The notes under the pieces were generated by a model. It was not told where the DNA came from. It searched no databases and worked only from the letters and a program-made list of their open reading frames with translations. From Phycisphaerae bacterium (GTDB taxonomy: Bacteria; Planctomycetota; Phycisphaerae; UBA1845), in assembly GCA_029260215.1 (NCBI GenBank), contig JAJDDQ010000078.1:1-64000 (forward strand): DNA of 64,000 bases. Reading direction: 5' to 3'. Position numbers and translations under genes: made by a program. This document shows, piece by piece, positions 19,548 to 29,669 of the stretch. Every line of letters starts with the position of its first letter. Position 1 is the first letter of the stretch.

Positions 19548-21404
19548 TCAACGGTCAACCGAGAGTTGGAAGGCAGACACGTCGTACAAATCGACGAAGC
19601 CCTCCCCGGTCAGGTCGGAACACGCGCAACCCGCGGGTAGCGGGACAGCCGGTCCTTGAAGGCAAAAGAAATCGAGTTTGGGTCCACCGGCGGATTGAAG
19701 AGCGTCTTGATCGCACGCATCGAAATCGACACCGGTCGCGTCCCCGTACGCGACATCGACGAATTCGATGACGTCAAGGTCTGAGCGTTGAATGGTTTGC
19801 GTGTTGTGGTTCGTGATGTACATGGCGCTTTCCCAAGGCGATATTCTGATGAACCGTTCGCGGGAACCACTGACCACATCGCTGCGTCCGATGCTTTCGA
19901 GGATTTCTGAGTTGTTCCCGTCCAGGTCAGCCCGATAGAGAAAATCGACATTGGCCCCGGTATTGGCATTGAATTCACTCATCCACCAGTACAGCTTCTT
20001 GTTTACCACGTCTACGGCTATATCCTCCATGAGAGGGGACGCATTCGAGACGAAGATGATTTCACCGCCCGATCCATCCAATCGTGATCGGCGAATATAA
20101 CCTGTTGCATAATTCGCGTAGGAGACGAAGAGATACCCGCGCAAGCGATCGATCGCCGTATTGCCGGGTCGAAAGAACTCGTGGACGGGAATGGGAATAT
20201 CAAACAGAACGTCAACCTCGCCGTTATCGATCCCCGTTCGTTGCAGCCTGACACCGTTCGTGAAGATCGAATAAATACTGCGCGTACTCGTGTCCAGCGT
20301 AAGCGACGCGTGCCTGCCCAAGTCATTCCTGACGGTCACGGGATCGCCCGATATGGGCGAAAGACGAAGCTTTTCAATATCAAGCCAGAAGAGTTGGTTG
20401 CTTGCCCGGTTCACGACCAGGCTGTCCGTCCTAATGATGTCGTTGGGAAAAAGGTTTGTCGTCTCTCCGGAATCAAGCTCCGTCGCAAAGATCGTCGAAT
20501 GATCTTCGTTGCCCCAGTAAAGTCGCCGGTTGTCGACATCAACATCGACCCCCGCGAATCTCCCAGGGAAATTGGGGGCCACGGCGAACCGTATCGCATC
20601 GTTACCGTCGAGGTCCGCTCGGTATATGCCCTTGAGTCCCTGCTCTTCGTCAGCCCAATAAATGTGCCCACCGACGGGATCAACAGTGATCCCAACTGGA
20701 TAGATGTATTCCGAACTGATCAACGTCTGGATATCTGTCCCATCCATGTTCGCGCGGTGAATCGCACCTGTTGAGCTTACAACCGCCCAGTACATTCTGC
20801 GGTTCGTCAGATCGAGCGCGATGGACTTAATAAAACCGCCGGTTTGGGCCAGCGTTTCGATATCGGAGCCGTCGAGATTTGCGCGACGGACCAGATAGTC
20901 AGTCTCTTCCGTCCAGTATATTTTGCCATTGGGAATATCGAGCGCAATGTCCGTGGGCGCACTGACCTCTTCCAACAGAACATCCTCAATGTTCGAGCCG
21001 TCAAGGTTGGCTCGTCGGATTCTTGATAATCCGGCCATGCCTGAAGCAACATTTGTCCAGTAAACCTTGCCGCCCTGCGTGTCCAGCGCAATCCCACTCG
21101 GAAACGCATCGGTCGAGTCAACAACGACCTCAAGGTTTGAGCCGTCAAAGTCCGACCGCTCGATCAGTCGCCTTACCGCATCAGTCCAGTAGACTTTCCC
21201 AGCCGCCGAATCGACCGCGATCCCACTCGCGCGTGGGCGGTGGTTTTGCAAGATAAGCGCCTCAGTTTCGCCCGTGGATGTCGGCTGGCGAAAGACGCCG
21301 TTCGGTTGGGTCCAGTAGAGTGTTTGGCCTGGCGAAGGAACGGCGGACGCGATCAGCGAGGTGGAGAATAGGAACAGCGTGGTGGAACGCGACGTTTTGG
21401 GCAT
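19548..21404 (-). CDS. secreted YWTD (LDL-receptor class B) beta-propeller repeat protein with C-terminal dockerin-like segment
   Basis: Repeats KVYWTD, KIYWTEE, RMYWAV, HIYWADEE, RLYWGNED, QLFWLD and KLYWWM recur about every 43 aa. The signal peptide is MPKTSRSTTLFLFSTSLIASAV. C-terminal segment is …DLTGEGFVDLYDVSAFQ. Confidence 0.7.
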   Translation of the reverse strand: MPKTSRSTTLFLFSTSLIASAVPSPGQTLYWTQPNGVFRQPTSTGETEALILQNHRPRASGIAVDSAAGKVYWTDAVRRLIERSDFDGSNLEVVVDSTDAFPSGIALDTQGGKVYWTNVASGMAGLSRIRRANLDGSNIEDVLLEEVSAPTDIALDIPNGKIYWTEETDYLVRRANLDGSDIETLAQTGGFIKSIALDLTNRRMYWAVVSSTGAIHRANMDGTDIQTLISSEYIYPVGITVDPVGGHIYWADEEQGLKGIYRADLDGNDAIRFAVAPNFPGRFAGVDVDVDNRRLYWGNEDHSTIFATELDSGETTNLFPNDIIRTDSLVVNRASNQLFWLDIEKLRLSPISGDPVTVRNDLGRHASLTLDTSTRSIYSIFTNGVRLQRTGIDNGEVDVLFDIPIPVHEFFRPGNTAIDRLRGYLFVSYANYATGYIRRSRLDGSGGEIIFVSNASPLMEDIAVDVVNKKLYWWMSEFNANTGANVDFLYRADLDGNNSEILESIGRSDVVSGSRERFIRISPWESAMYITNHNTQTIQRSDLDVIEFVDVAYGDATGVDFDACDQDALQSAGGPKLDFFCLQGPAVPLPAGCACSDLTGEGFVDLYDVSAFQLSVDR

Positions 21405-21658
21405 GACACGAGTCCTTTTTCGGATATACAGAGAATCCTGCAAGATCGAGAAAAATCGCCACGCTCCTCCCCTGCAGCCGCGATTCTACTTTCCTTGACG
21501 GCCAAATACGAAGGTTTTCGTTCAATTGAGGCGCAGGCAAGTACCTGATCTATGAGGTTCTTCAGCGCGGAAACCGGGATTGGGTAAAATCAGGCACCGG
21601 TTGGCGCGCGTGTTCTTCCGCTGGGGGCTGGTAGACGGAATGACGCCCCCCTGCGGCG

Positions 21659-22021
21659 TCAGCTTACAAATGCACCGGGGGGGATGTCCTCGGACGTGGT
21701 CAGCGTGACCGTTCGCGTGCGGTCGGCGTCGCTGGCAGCCAGGAGCATCCCCTGGGATTCGACGCCGCGCATCATGCGCGAGGACAGGTTGGCGACGATG
21801 ATCAGCTTCTTGCCCAGCAACTGCTCCGGCGTGTAGACCCCCTTCAGCCCCGCGCAGATTTGACGCTGCTCGTCGCCGAGATCGACCTTGAGCACGAGGA
21901 GCTTGTCGGCGTTGGGATGGTCGGCGGCTTCGATGACCTTGCCGACACGCAGCTTGACCTTCACGAAATCGTCAAACGAGATCGTTTCGGGCTTTTCGGG
22001 CGTTGCGGATTCTTCGCTCAT
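21659..22021 (-). CDS. stand-alone tRNA-binding domain protein (CsaA/Trbp111/EMAP-like OB fold)
   Basis: FVKVKLRVGKVIEAADHPNADKLLVLKVDLGDEQRQICAGLKGVYTPEQLLGKKLIIVANLSSRMMRGVESQGMLLAA matches the Myf/tRNA_bind domain. The start is MSEES at 22021; the 5' part of the long track ORF is read-through. Confidence 0.7.
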   Translation of the reverse strand: MSEESATPEKPETISFDDFVKVKLRVGKVIEAADHPNADKLLVLKVDLGDEQRQICAGLKGVYTPEQLLGKKLIIVANLSSRMMRGVESQGMLLAASDADRTRTVTLTTSEDIPPGAFVS

Positions 22022-22198
22022 TGCTTCCAACTCCTTTACCAGGCGTATGTTGCAGCCGATATCGACCCTGCGGGGGCAAACGCACCGCACTGTACGACGC
22101 TGGGCAGGCTTCGACAAGCTTTGGTTGCGGCTGATTCGCGGTTGCGGTTGCCGAAATGGCTCGTAAAATCCGATGATGACTGTAAGGAGGTATTCTCG

Positions 22199-23299
22199 TT
22201 GCGCATTTGTCCGCTGATATTCCAGCCGATCTTCAAACCCAAGATATGGGGGGGGCGCCTGCTCGAACAGATTTTCCCCAAGCAGCTCCCGCCGACCGAG
22301 CCGATCGGTGAATCCTGGGAGTTGGCTGACCTGGAAAACGATCAATCCGTCGTGCGTGACGGACCTGCCAGGGGCAAAACCCTCGGTCAGCTTGTGAAGG
22401 AGTGGGGCACGGGCTTGATGGGACGGGCGGAGCTTTTCGAGGGTCGATTCCCGCTGCTGATCAAATTCCTCGACGCCCAGCAGGATTTGAGCGTTCAGGT
22501 CCACCCGGACGAAGCCATGGCCCGCAAGCTGGGCGGAAACGTGCGCGTCAAGAATGAAGCGTGGTACGTGCTGCATGCCGAGCCGGACGGAGCCATCTAC
22601 CACGGCTTCAGGGACGGCGTGACGCGGGAGTCGTTCGCGGCGGCCATCAGCGAGGGGCGTGTACCGGAAATGCTGAAACGCATCCCGGTCAAAAAAGGAC
22701 ACTGCTACTATCTGCCCAGCGGCACGATTCACGCGCTGGGGGCTGGCGTCGTGGTGGCGGAAGTGCAGACGCCTTCGGACATTACGTACCGCGTGTACGA
22801 TTGGGACCGCATCGACGCCTCGACGGGCAAGGGCCGGGAGCTGCATATTGAGCAGGCGATGGAGTGCATCCATTTCGACTCGGACACGTCCGCTCAGCAA
22901 GAGCGGTCACACGTCGGAAGCGTGTGGACCTCGGTCACGCGGCTGGTGCTCAGCGATTCGTTCATCCTCGAGCGTGTGCGCATGGTGGAGGGCGTCAATC
23001 AGGAGATTCCCACGGGCGAATTGATCGTCTGGATCGTGCTCGAAGGAAAAGGGCGGGTCACTTTCGACAACAATTCCGAGACCTTGTCGTTTGCGTCGGG
23101 TGACACCGTGCTCATACCGGCTGGTTTGGGGGCGGCGCGGATCGAGACGCTCGACGAATGTGTTTGGATCGAGGCAACGATTCCGCTGGCCAGCGATCTG
23201 GCAGACTTTCCCAGGCCCGACCGATCGACCTTGAACGAGCCGGACGATCACGGACTCATTCAGATAACACTACCTTCCCAAAACGAAAAATCGTTGTAG
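22199..23299 (+). CDS. manA: mannose-6-phosphate isomerase, class I
   Basis: PIFKPKIWGG…WEL, QDLSVQVHPDE, the AEPDGAIYHGF cupin and YDWDR motifs are present. The TTG start at 22199 lies after a GGAGG sequence. Confidence 0.8.
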   Translation: MRICPLIFQPIFKPKIWGGRLLEQIFPKQLPPTEPIGESWELADLENDQSVVRDGPARGKTLGQLVKEWGTGLMGRAELFEGRFPLLIKFLDAQQDLSVQVHPDEAMARKLGGNVRVKNEAWYVLHAEPDGAIYHGFRDGVTRESFAAAISEGRVPEMLKRIPVKKGHCYYLPSGTIHALGAGVVVAEVQTPSDITYRVYDWDRIDASTGKGRELHIEQAMECIHFDSDTSAQQERSHVGSVWTSVTRLVLSDSFILERVRMVEGVNQEIPTGELIVWIVLEGKGRVTFDNNSETLSFASGDTVLIPAGLGAARIETLDECVWIEATIPLASDLADFPRPDRSTLNEPDDHGLIQITLPSQNEKSL

Positions 23300-23459
23300 T
23301 CCGCAATTCATTCCGCTCGTCGCAGGCATTTAGGTAAGTGTTTGGCGCTTAGTCCCATAATTTATTTCGCTTGTGTGCATTGAATCGAATCGCACTGTCG
23401 GCTAATTTAGCAGAACAGGAGGCGAACGGTCGCCAACGTCAAGGATCGACGGGAAAAGC

Positions 23460-24110
23460 ATGTTTGAGCAGGGCATTTCAGCGAAGTGGATTCAGCGGGC
23501 ACAGTGGGCGATTTACATCTTTTTCGGCGGTTTTGCATTGCTGGCGCTGTGGTATGTCTTCGCCGCAGCCTTTCGCCGCGAGGTGTTTCAGTCGCTGATC
23601 GGTGCGGGCGTGGTGTGGGGGTCGATCGGGCTGGGTATCGGTATGCATTGCGTGTCGCAGATGGCCGCCGTCGTAAACGCCAACCGTCAGTCGATCCTGG
23701 AATTATCGGACCGTATCGCAGAGCTTCAGGCGTCGCTCGCGGAGGCTCGTCCGACGGTCGAGCTGGGGGTGAGCGAAGAGCGGGTTGATGAACTGGTCGC
23801 TGCCGACGCTCAATCCGATGCCTATCCTCGTTTGACCGAGCCGGCGGAAGCGATTGAACCGCTCGCAATGGGGCAGGACGCGTTATCGGACGAGCAGGCT
23901 GCGGAGTCCGATGATGCCCCGTCGGATTTTCGTACCGCGTTTCGCGAGGCGTTGTTCGACGGCCAACTGGCCGAGGCCCTCGATATCGGTCAGCGCATGC
24001 TCGACGCGGACCCGCAAAGCGCGATGGCCAAGCAGTTTGCGGAACTTCGCCCGCTTCTGGAGCAGCGAAACGAAGCTCTTATCGACTCCGGCGAACCTGT
24101 CTTGGTTTGA
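23460..24110 (+). CDS. hypothetical membrane protein
   Basis: Two N-terminal TM helices are followed by an acidic, Ala-rich, probably helical tail. No known motif. Confidence 0.45.
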   Translation: MFEQGISAKWIQRAQWAIYIFFGGFALLALWYVFAAAFRREVFQSLIGAGVVWGSIGLGIGMHCVSQMAAVVNANRQSILELSDRIAELQASLAEARPTVELGVSEERVDELVAADAQSDAYPRLTEPAEAIEPLAMGQDALSDEQAAESDDAPSDFRTAFREALFDGQLAEALDIGQRMLDADPQSAMAKQFAELRPLLEQRNEALIDSGEPVLV

Positions 24111-24289
24111 CACTTTGTTTTTTTCGGCATGCCCGCAATCGGTCGCCAAAGACCGGGCTTCGCGTTGACTTGCTTTCCGCCGAACAGCTATTATTCATTG
24201 CATCGCGGTTTTCACTTCGGGGAGATTATCGACCCGTCGATGGGTGCGAGCCGGCGAGTCTCAAGAATACTTTCCCTGGGGTCAACACG

Positions 24290-27200
24290 ATGAATCGAGT
24301 ACTCGTCATAGCGGTCTACGCCGCGATGCTGACCGGCTGCAACGTTTCACGCGAAGCGAACAGTCCTCGTCTGCACACGTTCGCGACGACTGAGCCGGCT
24401 GCGTTTTCGCAATCGGAATCCATTTCGATCGGCGGGCGTTCGCTGGGCCGTGTCGATGTGCAGGCCAATGCGTTTACGGGCAGCCGCCAGGATTCCGTGT
24501 CGATCGCGCCGATGCGAAACGGGGACATCGTTGCGGTTTGGCAAAGTCGGCGGCAGGAGGAAGGGACGTACGGAATCTTCGCCCGGTTTATCGATCGGCG
24601 CGGGCGGAAGCTCGGTCCGGAAACGCACATCAATGCCTACACGGCCGACGCACAAAAGCAGCCCGCCGCCGCTGTGGACGGCGCGGGCGGTGTGTGGATC
24701 GCGTGGGAGTCGTTCGGGCAGGACGGCGACGGGCGCGGTGCTGTGCTTCGACGATTCGACGAGAAGCTAAAGCCGCTGACGCCGGAAATTATGGTGAGCG
24801 AAGAGTCCGCCGGGCATCAACGGTCGGTCTCGGTCGCGGGATTGCCCAACGGCGGCGTGAGCGTCGTGTGGGTTTCGCAAGGACATGACGATAGGCTGAG
24901 TCGCGTGTTCTCGCGCCGATTCGGGATCGCCGGGCAACCGATCGGCAAGAGTGTTCGCGTCGATCAGTCGGATGCATTCCGGGATGGCCAACCCGTCATT
25001 CGATCGGACGCGGGCGGTCGAACGGTTGTCGTCTGGCAGCGGTGGGGCGATCCGTTTTTGCCGTCGGGCATTATGGCTCGACGGTTCGATGCGGAGGGTT
25101 CGTTCCTTGGAGATGAGTTCGCGGTTTGCGATGTTGAGGACCGTGCTCATGTTGAGCCGTCGCTGGCGGTGGCGGCGGATGGCCGATTCGTGGTGGCTTG
25201 GGCGACAGCCGCCGACGACGATTACGTGATTTCGATGCGTCGCTTCAGCGCGGACGGCCGACCGGCGTCTGATATCGAGCGTGTTGATCAGGGGGAATTC
25301 GGCGGGACGACGGGTTTGTCGGTGGCTTTGACGCGAGACGGGGCGTTCGTTGTGGCGTGGAGCAGGCAGGCGGAGCGCGAGACGGACCTTTACGCGCGGG
25401 CGTTCGATTCCGACGGCGAACAATTGAGCGATATTTTCCGTGTGACCGCTTCTGCGGAGGGCGATCAGCAGATCACTATTGCCGGTGGGGGGCAGCGCAT
25501 GGCTTGTGATGAGCGTGGTCGCATCGTCGTCGGATGGTCCGGCCAGGCTGGGGCGGGCGATTCTTCTGCGGCTGTTGTGACGATTATTTCAGCCGATTCG
25601 TTGCCAGCCATTGCCCATCGTTACAACGCGGGCGTGGAAGATGTGCCCGCGGCTGCTCCGCATCAGCCGCCGACTTTCTCGGCCAAGGAGCAGCCGATCG
25701 ATCGGGCGGCGATCGCGGAAGCTGAGGCTGGCAAAGCTGAGGCTGACGGGTTTCTCGGTATCGTGGACACCGGCTGGAACCCGCCCGATCCGCATTTGGC
25801 GGTCGGCATGAATCACATCGTTCAGGTGACCAACGGCGAGATCGCGTTTTTCACCAAGGAGGGTGTGATGACGTTTTCGGATGATCTCGAAGGCGCGACG
25901 GGTTTCTGGGGTCCGCTTGGCGCGACGACTTTCCTGTTCGACCCGGAAGTTATTTACGATTCGTTCGACGATCGATTCATCGCAATCGCCAACGAACGCG
26001 GGTCAAACGGAATACCCTATCTCCTGTTGGCTGTCTCGGATGACGGGGATCCCAACGGGTTGTGGCACAAATACCGCTTCGACATGTCCGCGTTGGGTAA
26101 CAACACCATCGATTCTCCGAACGTGTCCGTCGACGCGACGGCTGTGTACATCGGCGTGGATTTTCTGAGCAATTTCAATCATGTCGTGTTGATTGTGGAG
26201 AAGGCGGCTGTGCTCGTCGGCGACACGCCGGTGTTGAACAACACAACGGTTTCCTCGGTCCGCGCGATGGGGATGGTGGTCAACGCCAGCCTGCCCCCTG
26301 CACAATACATGATGGAATCGACGCTGAATCTGTCCAGCACCAACGTACGCATGTACGCCATCACCGACCCGTTCGGCGCTGCGACCGTCGAGACGTATGA
26401 CGTGTTTGTTTCGCTTTACGATCAGCCCGAAAACCCGCCGAGCCTTGGCACGACGATGCGCGTGGACACGTTCGATTCGCGATTCTGGAGCTGCATGTAT
26501 CGCGACGGGTTCGTCTGGGCGACGCACCACATCGGTGCGGGGTTTGCACGCCAGCGCTGGTATCAGATCGACATGAACGGTTGGCCTGAGGGCGAAGGGA
26601 CGCCGCTGGTCGTGCAGTCCGGGACGATCAGCCCGGGCGACGGTGCGCGTACGTACTACGGCAGCATCTGGGCGGACGAGTTTCAAAACGCGGTCATGTA
26701 TTTTTCGCGATCCAGCCCGACGGAATTCATTTCCATGAGCCGGACGTACCGTTTGGCCGACGATCCGCTGGGGCAAATGCGTACGCCGGAGTTCGTGAAA
26801 GTCAGCACCGATCCGCTGTCGATCACCGGCTCGGACCGCTGGGGCGATTACTCGATGGTCGTGACGGACCCGGCGGTCGCGGGTTTGTTCTGGGGCGTGG
26901 GGGAATACCTCGACAGCGAATGGCGTACGTGGGTGAATCCGTTCCCCGTCGTGGACCTGACGCCGCCGTCGATCGCGTCGGTCAGCCCGTTCGACGGCTA
27001 CATCGACCCGCGTCTGGAGAGCACCAACGGCCTGGATTTCAACCTGGGGATCAGCCAACTTACCATCACGTTTGACGAACCGGTGCGTAACGTCGGCGGC
27101 GGTTTGCTCGATGCTTCCGCCTTTACCATTACAGCCGATGCTGGCGTTGTGCCGCAGGTTGCGATCGCTAATTCGGTGGGCAATCCGGTGGTCGAGGTTT

Positions 27201-27526
27201 TTCTTGAGGACGTCATTCCCGTGCAGGCCAACACGACGATCACGATGGACATCGAAGACGAAAACGGAAACGCAACGACGCTTGAGATTCGTTATGGCTT
27301 CCTGCCGGCTGACGTGGATCAGGATGGGGCTGTTGGCCCGTTCGATCTGTTGCGATTCCGCCAGATTGTGAATGGTGTTTTCACACCGACGGAAGGTGCA
27401 AGCAAACTGTTCGCGGACATCGATCGCGACGGTGCGATCGGGCCTTTCGACCTGCTGGTATTGCGACAACTCATCAACGGCGTTGGGAATGCGACGCAGC
27501 CGTGGGCGGGTGAAGAACTGCCGTAG
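24290..27526 (+). CDS. large secreted lipoprotein with N-terminal ~50-aa repeats, a central unknown region and a C-terminal double dockerin-like repeat
   Basis: The start is MNRVLVIAVYAAMLTGC (lipobox), in frame with track ORF 24107..27526. At least 5 repeats end in …G.FVV.W (VSVVWVSQG, TVVVWQRWG, FVVAWATAA, FVVAWSRQA, IVVGWSGQA). C-terminal segment is DVDQDGAVGPFDLLRFRQIVNG…DIDRDGAIGPFDLLVLRQLINGV. Confidence 0.65.
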   Translation: MNRVLVIAVYAAMLTGCNVSREANSPRLHTFATTEPAAFSQSESISIGGRSLGRVDVQANAFTGSRQDSVSIAPMRNGDIVAVWQSRRQEEGTYGIFARFIDRRGRKLGPETHINAYTADAQKQPAAAVDGAGGVWIAWESFGQDGDGRGAVLRRFDEKLKPLTPEIMVSEESAGHQRSVSVAGLPNGGVSVVWVSQGHDDRLSRVFSRRFGIAGQPIGKSVRVDQSDAFRDGQPVIRSDAGGRTVVVWQRWGDPFLPSGIMARRFDAEGSFLGDEFAVCDVEDRAHVEPSLAVAADGRFVVAWATAADDDYVISMRRFSADGRPASDIERVDQGEFGGTTGLSVALTRDGAFVVAWSRQAERETDLYARAFDSDGEQLSDIFRVTASAEGDQQITIAGGGQRMACDERGRIVVGWSGQAGAGDSSAAVVTIISADSLPAIAHRYNAGVEDVPAAAPHQPPTFSAKEQPIDRAAIAEAEAGKAEADGFLGIVDTGWNPPDPHLAVGMNHIVQVTNGEIAFFTKEGVMTFSDDLEGATGFWGPLGATTFLFDPEVIYDSFDDRFIAIANERGSNGIPYLLLAVSDDGDPNGLWHKYRFDMSALGNNTIDSPNVSVDATAVYIGVDFLSNFNHVVLIVEKAAVLVGDTPVLNNTTVSSVRAMGMVVNASLPPAQYMMESTLNLSSTNVRMYAITDPFGAATVETYDVFVSLYDQPENPPSLGTTMRVDTFDSRFWSCMYRDGFVWATHHIGAGFARQRWYQIDMNGWPEGEGTPLVVQSGTISPGDGARTYYGSIWADEFQNAVMYFSRSSPTEFISMSRTYRLADDPLGQMRTPEFVKVSTDPLSITGSDRWGDYSMVVTDPAVAGLFWGVGEYLDSEWRTWVNPFPVVDLTPPSIASVSPFDGYIDPRLESTNGLDFNLGISQLTITFDEPVRNVGGGLLDASAFTITADAGVVPQVAIANSVGNPVVEVFLEDVIPVQANTTITMDIEDENGNATTLEIRYGFLPADVDQDGAVGPFDLLRFRQIVNGVFTPTEGASKLFADIDRDGAIGPFDLLVLRQLINGVGNATQPWAGEELP

Positions 27527-27607
27527 CGGAGACTCTTCAGCCGCTTGCAATCCCTGATGGCAGCAAGAAAACCGCCGCCTGATCATGAGGCCATCCACAA
27601 CATTTGA

Positions 27608-28753
27608 CTATATCTCGGCTTGACGCAGGGCGCGCAGCAGGTTGCCGCCCAGGATCTTGTGGATGTCCCGCTCGGAGTAGCCGCGGCCTAGCAGTTCCTG
27701 GGTGATGAACGGATACCCGGAAACATCTTCGAGCTGTTCGGGCATGGTGCTCGCCCCGTCGTAATCCCCACCCAAGCCGACGTGGTCGATGCCGGCGACG
27801 CGGACGATGTGATCGATATGATCCACAAGCATGCCGACGTTTCCGTGCGGGATGGGGTGGGCCTCCTTCCACTGCCTCAGCGCCCTTTCGAACGCCTGCT
27901 CGTCGGGATGCTCCGCCTTGAGCTTGCGCTCGTCCTGAAACTGGTTCGCTTGCAGCAAGGAGCCCTCCGGATGAATAAAGCCGGAGAAGAAGTTGACCAT
28001 CACGACGCCACCGTTTGAGGCGACCATACGAAGTACATCGTCGGGCACGTTGCGATCGTGCCGGGCAATAGCATAAGCCGACGAATGCGAGAAAATAACC
28101 GGGGCCTCGCTCACACGCAGGGCGTCGCGCATGGTTTCAGCCGAGACGTGGGCGAGATCCACAAGCATGCCCAGACGATTCATCTCCAGAACCACCTGTT
28201 CACCGAACTCCGACAGCCCGTCGCTGCGCGCTACGTCGGTAGCTGAATCAGCCCAGTCGATGGTCTCCGAGTGGGTCAGCCCCATGTACCGGGCGCCGAG
28301 CTCGTAGAATCTGGCCAAAGTATCCAGGGAGTTTTCGATTGTGTGTCCACCCTCGACGCCGATCAACGAAGCAATTTTTCCATTTTTGTGGATACGGGCG
28401 ATGTCTTGGGCCGTGTAGGCCAACTCGAACACGGCGGAGTAGCGCTTCACCATTCGATGTATCAGGTCGAACTGCTCCAGTGCCATATCGGTAGCCGTCC
28501 CGGAATGCGCCGTTTCGGGCGGAACGTACACCACCCAGAACTGCCCTCCAAGGCCGCCCCGGCGGAGCCGCGGAATGTCGGTCTGCAGCTGGTCCTGCGG
28601 CAGAGCGATGTCCATATTGTCGAAGGAAGAACCGGCCAGCGAGCGTATCTTCCAGGGCAGATCGTTGTGTCCGTCGATTACGATGGCGGCTCGGTGGACG
28701 CGCATCGCCGCGACCATCGTCTCACTGTAGCCTATTGGTCTGGGATTCTCCAT
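27608..28753 (-). CDS. membrane (renal-type) dipeptidase, peptidase family M19
   Basis: AIVIDGHNDLPW, …LGGDYDG and HVGLGGDYDG are M19 signatures. The start is MENPRPIG at 28753, preceded by AGGAGG 9 nt upstream. Confidence 0.85.
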   Translation of the reverse strand: MENPRPIGYSETMVAAMRVHRAAIVIDGHNDLPWKIRSLAGSSFDNMDIALPQDQLQTDIPRLRRGGLGGQFWVVYVPPETAHSGTATDMALEQFDLIHRMVKRYSAVFELAYTAQDIARIHKNGKIASLIGVEGGHTIENSLDTLARFYELGARYMGLTHSETIDWADSATDVARSDGLSEFGEQVVLEMNRLGMLVDLAHVSAETMRDALRVSEAPVIFSHSSAYAIARHDRNVPDDVLRMVASNGGVVMVNFFSGFIHPEGSLLQANQFQDERKLKAEHPDEQAFERALRQWKEAHPIPHGNVGMLVDHIDHIVRVAGIDHVGLGGDYDGASTMPEQLEDVSGYPFITQELLGRGYSERDIHKILGGNLLRALRQAEI

Positions 28754-29669
28754 ATCCGAACTTCTCCTCCTTGATCCTAACGAACATGGTTCACAGAACC
28801 ATACGCTGATCGTGGATTCCACCGTGAACCAACTTGTTTGGTCGCTCCAACGTGCTAACTCCACTCCTGTTGTCCTGAGGACGATGGCGCCAGCTTGTTT
28901 TCGCGCGCGGGCAACCCCTGCTCCAGCACGAACTTTCCGTTTTGAGGCGGATCACGACGAGGTCGTTGACTAGATGGGAATGGAATTCCTCGGCCTTCCT
29001 GCCCAAGAACTCCGGTTCAAAACGCCTATACCTTCAAGAACGGCAGCCTAAGCGTCTCCTTTTCGCTGGCCGCCGCGAACTGTCAAGAACTCTCGAATGC
29101 GGTTGGCACGACCCATAAAAGGTCTTAGCGAGACGCGGCAAGTGGTTCATCCGCCTTCGTGAGACGATCGAACAGCGACTCCCAGGGTGAGAGCTCATGC
29201 AATCGCCTGGCGTTTTTCGTTCGACCAACGTATACTGTATAGCAGGAAGGGGAGTTTCCGTGAAGTGCAAGCAAGCTCCCAAGACGACTCGAATACGAGT
29301 CATCGGATGACTAGCTAGAGGGCAACCCGGTTATGCCGGGGGGCTCGTTAAACAGTAATCCACATCGATAAGCACCTTCAGGTGTTTGACCACGTCGGCT
29401 TTTTTGCATGTCGAGGTATCATTGAGGTTCCCTGGGACGGACTCGATGGATCAGTCCGCTCTTGAACGGGCGCAGCGGATCGTCCAGACCGCCAAGGATC
29501 TCGATCAGTAGACGGCCTGACAAACAGAGACGCTCTCGAAGGAAAACGGCCAAGAGAGGATCGTGAAGTGATTGAGTATGAAACTTCTCCGAGCTCAGCT
29601 CGAGGAATAATGAGAGACATCGATGATTGTGATGTGTCGATATTTGCGCAGCCACGATTCAGCAGTCCA

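Noticed and set aside
21600-21658. GC hairpin (GGGGGC…GCCCCC) after the csaA stop as a terminator.
   Set aside because: No U-tract follows it on the minus strand. It is weak as an intrinsic terminator.
21659-22900. 413-aa track ORF suggesting a large protein ending in the tRNA-binding domain.
   Set aside because: Only the last 120 aa form a recognisable domain, preceded by a Met. The upstream 290 aa are low-complexity read-through that overlaps the manA gene on the other strand.
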